Shown here one piece after another: positions 60,384 through 64,000 of a stretch of 64,000 bases of DNA. The notes under the pieces are model-generated. The model did no database searches. It was not told the origin of the DNA and saw only the letters and a program-made list of their open reading frames with translations. Where the stretch lies: NCBI GenBank assembly GCA_051313645.2, contig JBNRSN020000023.1, positions 44,578,001 through 44,642,000 on the forward strand, written 5' to 3'. A program made the position numbers and the translations under genes. Source of the stretch: Centroscyllium fabricii (lineage: Eukaryota). Positions within the stretch are counted from its first letter, which is position 1; every line of letters starts with the position of its first letter.

Positions 60384-61736
60384 ATTGAGAACAAAAGTAG
60401 AGAAGTTATGCTGAACCTTTATAAAGCGCTGATTAGGCCACAACTGGAGTATTGCGTCCAGTTCTGGTCACCACACTTATGGAAGGATGTGAAGGCACTT
60501 GAGAGGGTGCAGCAGAGATTTACCAGAATGGTTCTGGGGATGGGGTGGATCTTAGCTACAAGGACAGGTTGGAGAAGTTGGTTTGTTTTCATTAGAGCAA
60601 AGGAGGTTGAGGGGTAATTTGATTGAGGTGTACAAGATTATGACAGGTTAGACGGGGAAAGATTGTTCCCACTAGTTGATGGCACAAGGACTAGGGAACT
60701 CAGATTTAAGGTTTTAGGCAAGAGATACAGGGGGATGTGAGGAAAAACTTTTTTATGCAGCGGGTGGTGAGGACCTGGAACTCGCTGCCAACGGAAGTGG
60801 TGGAAGCGGATATACTCCGTGCTTTCAAGGGGAGACTGGATAGGCACTAGCGGGAAATAAACTTGCAGGGCGACGGGGATAGAGCGGGGGAATGGGACTG
60901 ACTGGATTGCTCTACAGAGAGCCGGCACGGACTCGATGGGCCGAATGGCCTCCTTCTGTGCCGTTTTGACTCTATGACTCCTTTGTGGTGGGGATGACTA
61001 AAGTTTGGACAAAACAAATTAACGTGGAAATGATAAAACAGGTCCCAGTAAGGCTGATTTAATTGAGCATTACACTGCCCCTAACCATGTATTAATATAG
61101 GATAACAAATGACAGACCACCGGTTACAAGGGCAGACATTCCCCTCAGCCATTTATGAATATCAACAGAATTGCATTACTGGCTCGGAATCCAGTGCCCA
61201 GATATTTATTGCTCAAATTTGGCAGACTTGTTCCTTCACTCTTTTCCGTTACGTGCAAGGTTTACCGAACAGAGTGGAATCAGCCATGGTGCAGGCAGAA
61301 GCATAGTGAAGGAGGCAGTGGCCGCGCTATCGGGGGAAGAGAACTGAATTTATGGGGGCTTTTTACAGTGGCTGACAGAAACTTTACTTTATTATATATT
61401 GAAAGGAAAACAAATAAAAGGCAGCAATTGAATTCATGGGCTCTTGTTGATACCATCAGAACCCCAGGGTTAAATTCCTGTCTGGTATTTACAGATACCG
61501 TACTTTCATATCTGTCACGGTTGGGCTTATCCTCGGTGCGAGATTGTCAACTGCAAATCTCCTATTGTCCTGAGGCATCGACTCATTCTTAAAAACATCA
61601 AGCTGCATCTGTCGTATCGAAGTCTGGAGACAGTCGAGTGCCGCTAATGTACTTTTCTCTCCTCTCTCAGACCCTCTTTTACCTTTTTGCTTTGACTGTA
61701 CCATTTACAAAGTGTTTTCTGTTGTTTTCAGGCCCA

Positions 61737-62003
61737 TATAGAAACATAGAAACATAGAAACATAGAAGATAGGAGCAGGAGTAGGCCATTCGGCCCTTCG
61801 AGCCTGCTCCACCATTCAATGAGATCATGGCTGATCATCCAAACCCAGCACCCTGTCCCTGCCTTGTCCCCATATCCCTCGATCCCCATCGAGCCTGCAC
61901 CGACACATATCCCACCCCATCCCCGTAACCCCACACATTCAATCCCCCTAACACTAACAGTCAATTTATCATGGCCAATCAACCTAACCCGCACATCTTT
62001 GGA
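61737..62003 (-). mobile_element. HE1-type SINE, 5'-truncated
   Basis: Matches 13006-13265. Confidence 0.82.
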
Positions 62004-62032
62004 CCAGCTGTGGTTCAGTGGGTAGCACTCTC

Positions 62033-63130
62033 TGTAACGGAGTGTGGTGTGGAGCCCAAATGCAAAGACACTGAAACGGCTTTTTAGAGCTAAACTCCTT
62101 TAATATATACAAATTACCGAAAACCTAATAAATGCATTCACACATACACAAATATATACACATCTAAACAAGTCTTCGATAGAAAACTGGCACGAGCTTA
62201 TTACAGTTGCAAAATACAGAGATAGAAATAGAAAACAAATTCCTTTCGGAACTGGTACCAAACTTCCCAAAGTTGTGTGGAATGCTACGCAACAAAGCGC
62301 ATCATAGAGTAGAGAAATCCTTGTCCAAAACCTGAATACAGGTGGGTGCGAGCAATGTCCTGGATAAGTGATGGAACTCTCCCAGAGTCCACCTTACAGC
62401 TGGAACCCATCTCTTCAGAGTCTTCAGAAGGAGAGAATCCATCCTTAAACATTGAGACTCCTCACATACCCTACTGAAACGTCCAAACCTCAGTTCGGGT
62501 GATAACGACCAAATGTCCAAGGAGTAGATTCTGGATCTCTTCCGAGTCCGCCCTGCGGTCGAGACTCACTCCAACGGAGTCTTCTGAGGAAGAGAATACC
62601 TGATCCACTAGCAGGGGAACGCCCTTACTTAACAGATGGAATGTCCAAACCTGAGCTTCAGGTGGCAGAACGCAATGTCCAGAATGATGACAATTGTAGT
62701 TCTCTGAGGTCCACTCCACAGCTAGTCTCACTCTAGCCGCCACAGCTAGTCTCACTCTAGCCGAGTTTCCCGAAGAGAATACGTCCTCCACAGGGCAGGG
62801 GAAAACCCAAACCCATAGCCTCTCCAGCAGCTCAGAACAACAACCAACTCTTCCAGTAGTTTGAAGAAAGTCAATTCAATCTAATGAATCTATCTAGTTC
62901 AATGATCCCGCACCTGCCTGGTTAAGACCTCCAGCTTATGAGCCAAACCGGCAAACAGATCATATAGTGTTAGCCAATAAGCTGCAGGCAATGAGAACAG
63001 GGACACACAGGCATGTGAAACAGATAATTGATATGATAATGGAATAACCAGGGGAACAAGTCCTCAAAACAGGTGTGCTGCACACAACCAAGCTGTTTTG
63101 AAACCTTAAAGGGACAGGCACCCTGTGACA
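62033..63130 (-). mobile_element. 1098-bp solo LTR inside a SacSINE1-like head (62005-63228)
   Basis: tgtaac...tgtgaca ends, perfect 5-bp TSD ctctc; the first ~70 nt resemble 373-440; internal diverged direct repeats. Confidence 0.85.
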
Positions 63131-63270
63131 CTCTCGGCTCTGAGCCTGTAGGTTGTGGGTTGCAAACCCCACTCCAGAGACTTGAGCACGTAATCTAGAC
63201 TGACACTCCAGTGCAGTACTGAGGGGGGACTCTGGTTATAAATACGGGAGAGTTGATAGTCCTGAATATT

Positions 63271-63600
63271 TGTGTGGAGTTTGCACATTCTCCCCGTGTC
63301 TGCGTGGGTTTCCTCCGGGTGCTCCGGTTTCCTCCCACACTCCAAAGATGTGCGGGTTAGGTTGATTGGCCATAATAAATTGACCCTTAGTGTTCGGGGG
63401 ATTGAATATGTGGGGTTACGGGGATAGAGTGGGATATGTGTCGGTGCCGGCTCGATAGTGATTGAGGGATGTGGGGAGAAGGCAGGGACAGGGTACTGGG
63501 TTTGGATGATCAGCCATGATCTCATTGAATGGCGGAGCAGGCTCGAAGGGCTGAATGGCCTATTCCTGCTCCTATCTTTCTATGTTTCTATGTTTCTATG
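63271..63600 (+). mobile_element. HE1-type SINE, headless
   Basis: Matches 30450-30771. Confidence 0.85.
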
Positions 63601-63863
63601 TCCCCCCCACCGTCTTCCAGTTATTTAACAAGAGAATGGGGGAAGTGTGAAAATTGTGAACATCTTCTATTGCATTGGTGATGGTGAGTCGGAGGATATG
63701 CTGTTTGTAAGAACAGGGGTGCTATCAGGGAAGGAGAAGAGTCAGTGTGACACTGAGAGGAAGTGTGTGCTATACTCAAGACTTTTCATTTAACAACAAC
63801 AGAAAACGCTGGAGAAACTCAGCAGGCCAGGCAGCATCGGTGGAGAGAGAAACAGAGTTAACA

Positions 63864-64000
63864 GGGGGAATTTTTCCGGAAGGGCGGGAACCTGGCGGTG
63901 ATTGGTCTGGGCGGCTTCCGGTCCCGCCCGCCCAACCAGCTGGGAAGCCCACACAATTTTAGGCTAATGAGGCTGTTAAATCCCCGTCGGCGGGAGCGGG
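63864..64000. mobile_element. Start of a Harbinger-like MITE, cut by the window edge
   Basis: gggggaatttttcc terminus interrupting a Penelope-type terminal repeat (63795-63863). Confidence 0.5.

Larger units (their letters stand above)
51100..60978 (+). mobile_element. Old CR1 ORF2 (51100-51740 and 58890-60978), outermost host of the nest
   Basis: ORF 51051-51707 (KSPGPDG, QHGFVKGRSC) continues after 58890 (VYMDFRKAFDKVPH...); atgaa duplicated at 51736 and 58890. Confidence 0.82.

Noticed and set aside
60982-61030. tgtggtggggatgac (CGGDD) as the next TSPAN15 exon (CCGG.DY)
   Set aside because: No acceptor, immediate stop, and no CGVP..CC downstream.

Overview
Eukaryotic, repeat-saturated DNA that looks like a cartilaginous fish (shark): it carries HE1-type and DeuSINE/SacSINE1-type SINEs, abundant CR1 LINEs and Penelope elements. 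I recognise one host coding exon, a 96-nt phase 0/0 exon at 45317-45412 (+) encoding [32 protein letters not shown]. It matches the start of the large extracellular loop of TSPAN15, so most of the window is probably tspan15-like intron. The rest is nested mobile DNA: (1) the 5' end of a sushi/Tf1-type Gypsy with a self-priming PBS at the left edge; (2) a decayed Mag-type Gypsy inside a CR1 and itself hit by a CR1; (3) two near-full-length CR1s with an SGNH-esterase ORF1, one in a four-level CR1 nest; (4) a Myb/SANT-only Harbinger holding RTE, SINE, Tigger-like and hAT insertions; (5) many Harbinger-like MITEs; (6) a Tigger-like MITE that incubated a 21-bp satellite; (7) two solo LTRs; (8) Penelope inverted-pLTR structures with hammerhead ribozyme motifs on both strands near the host exon. 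All calls are by-eye recognition and no database search was run. I found no clearly new system; the best leads are RNA-structural (ribozyme pairs, inverted repeats around the exon) and regulatory (NRF1/YY1-motif MITEs, splice donors in CR1 5'UTRs).
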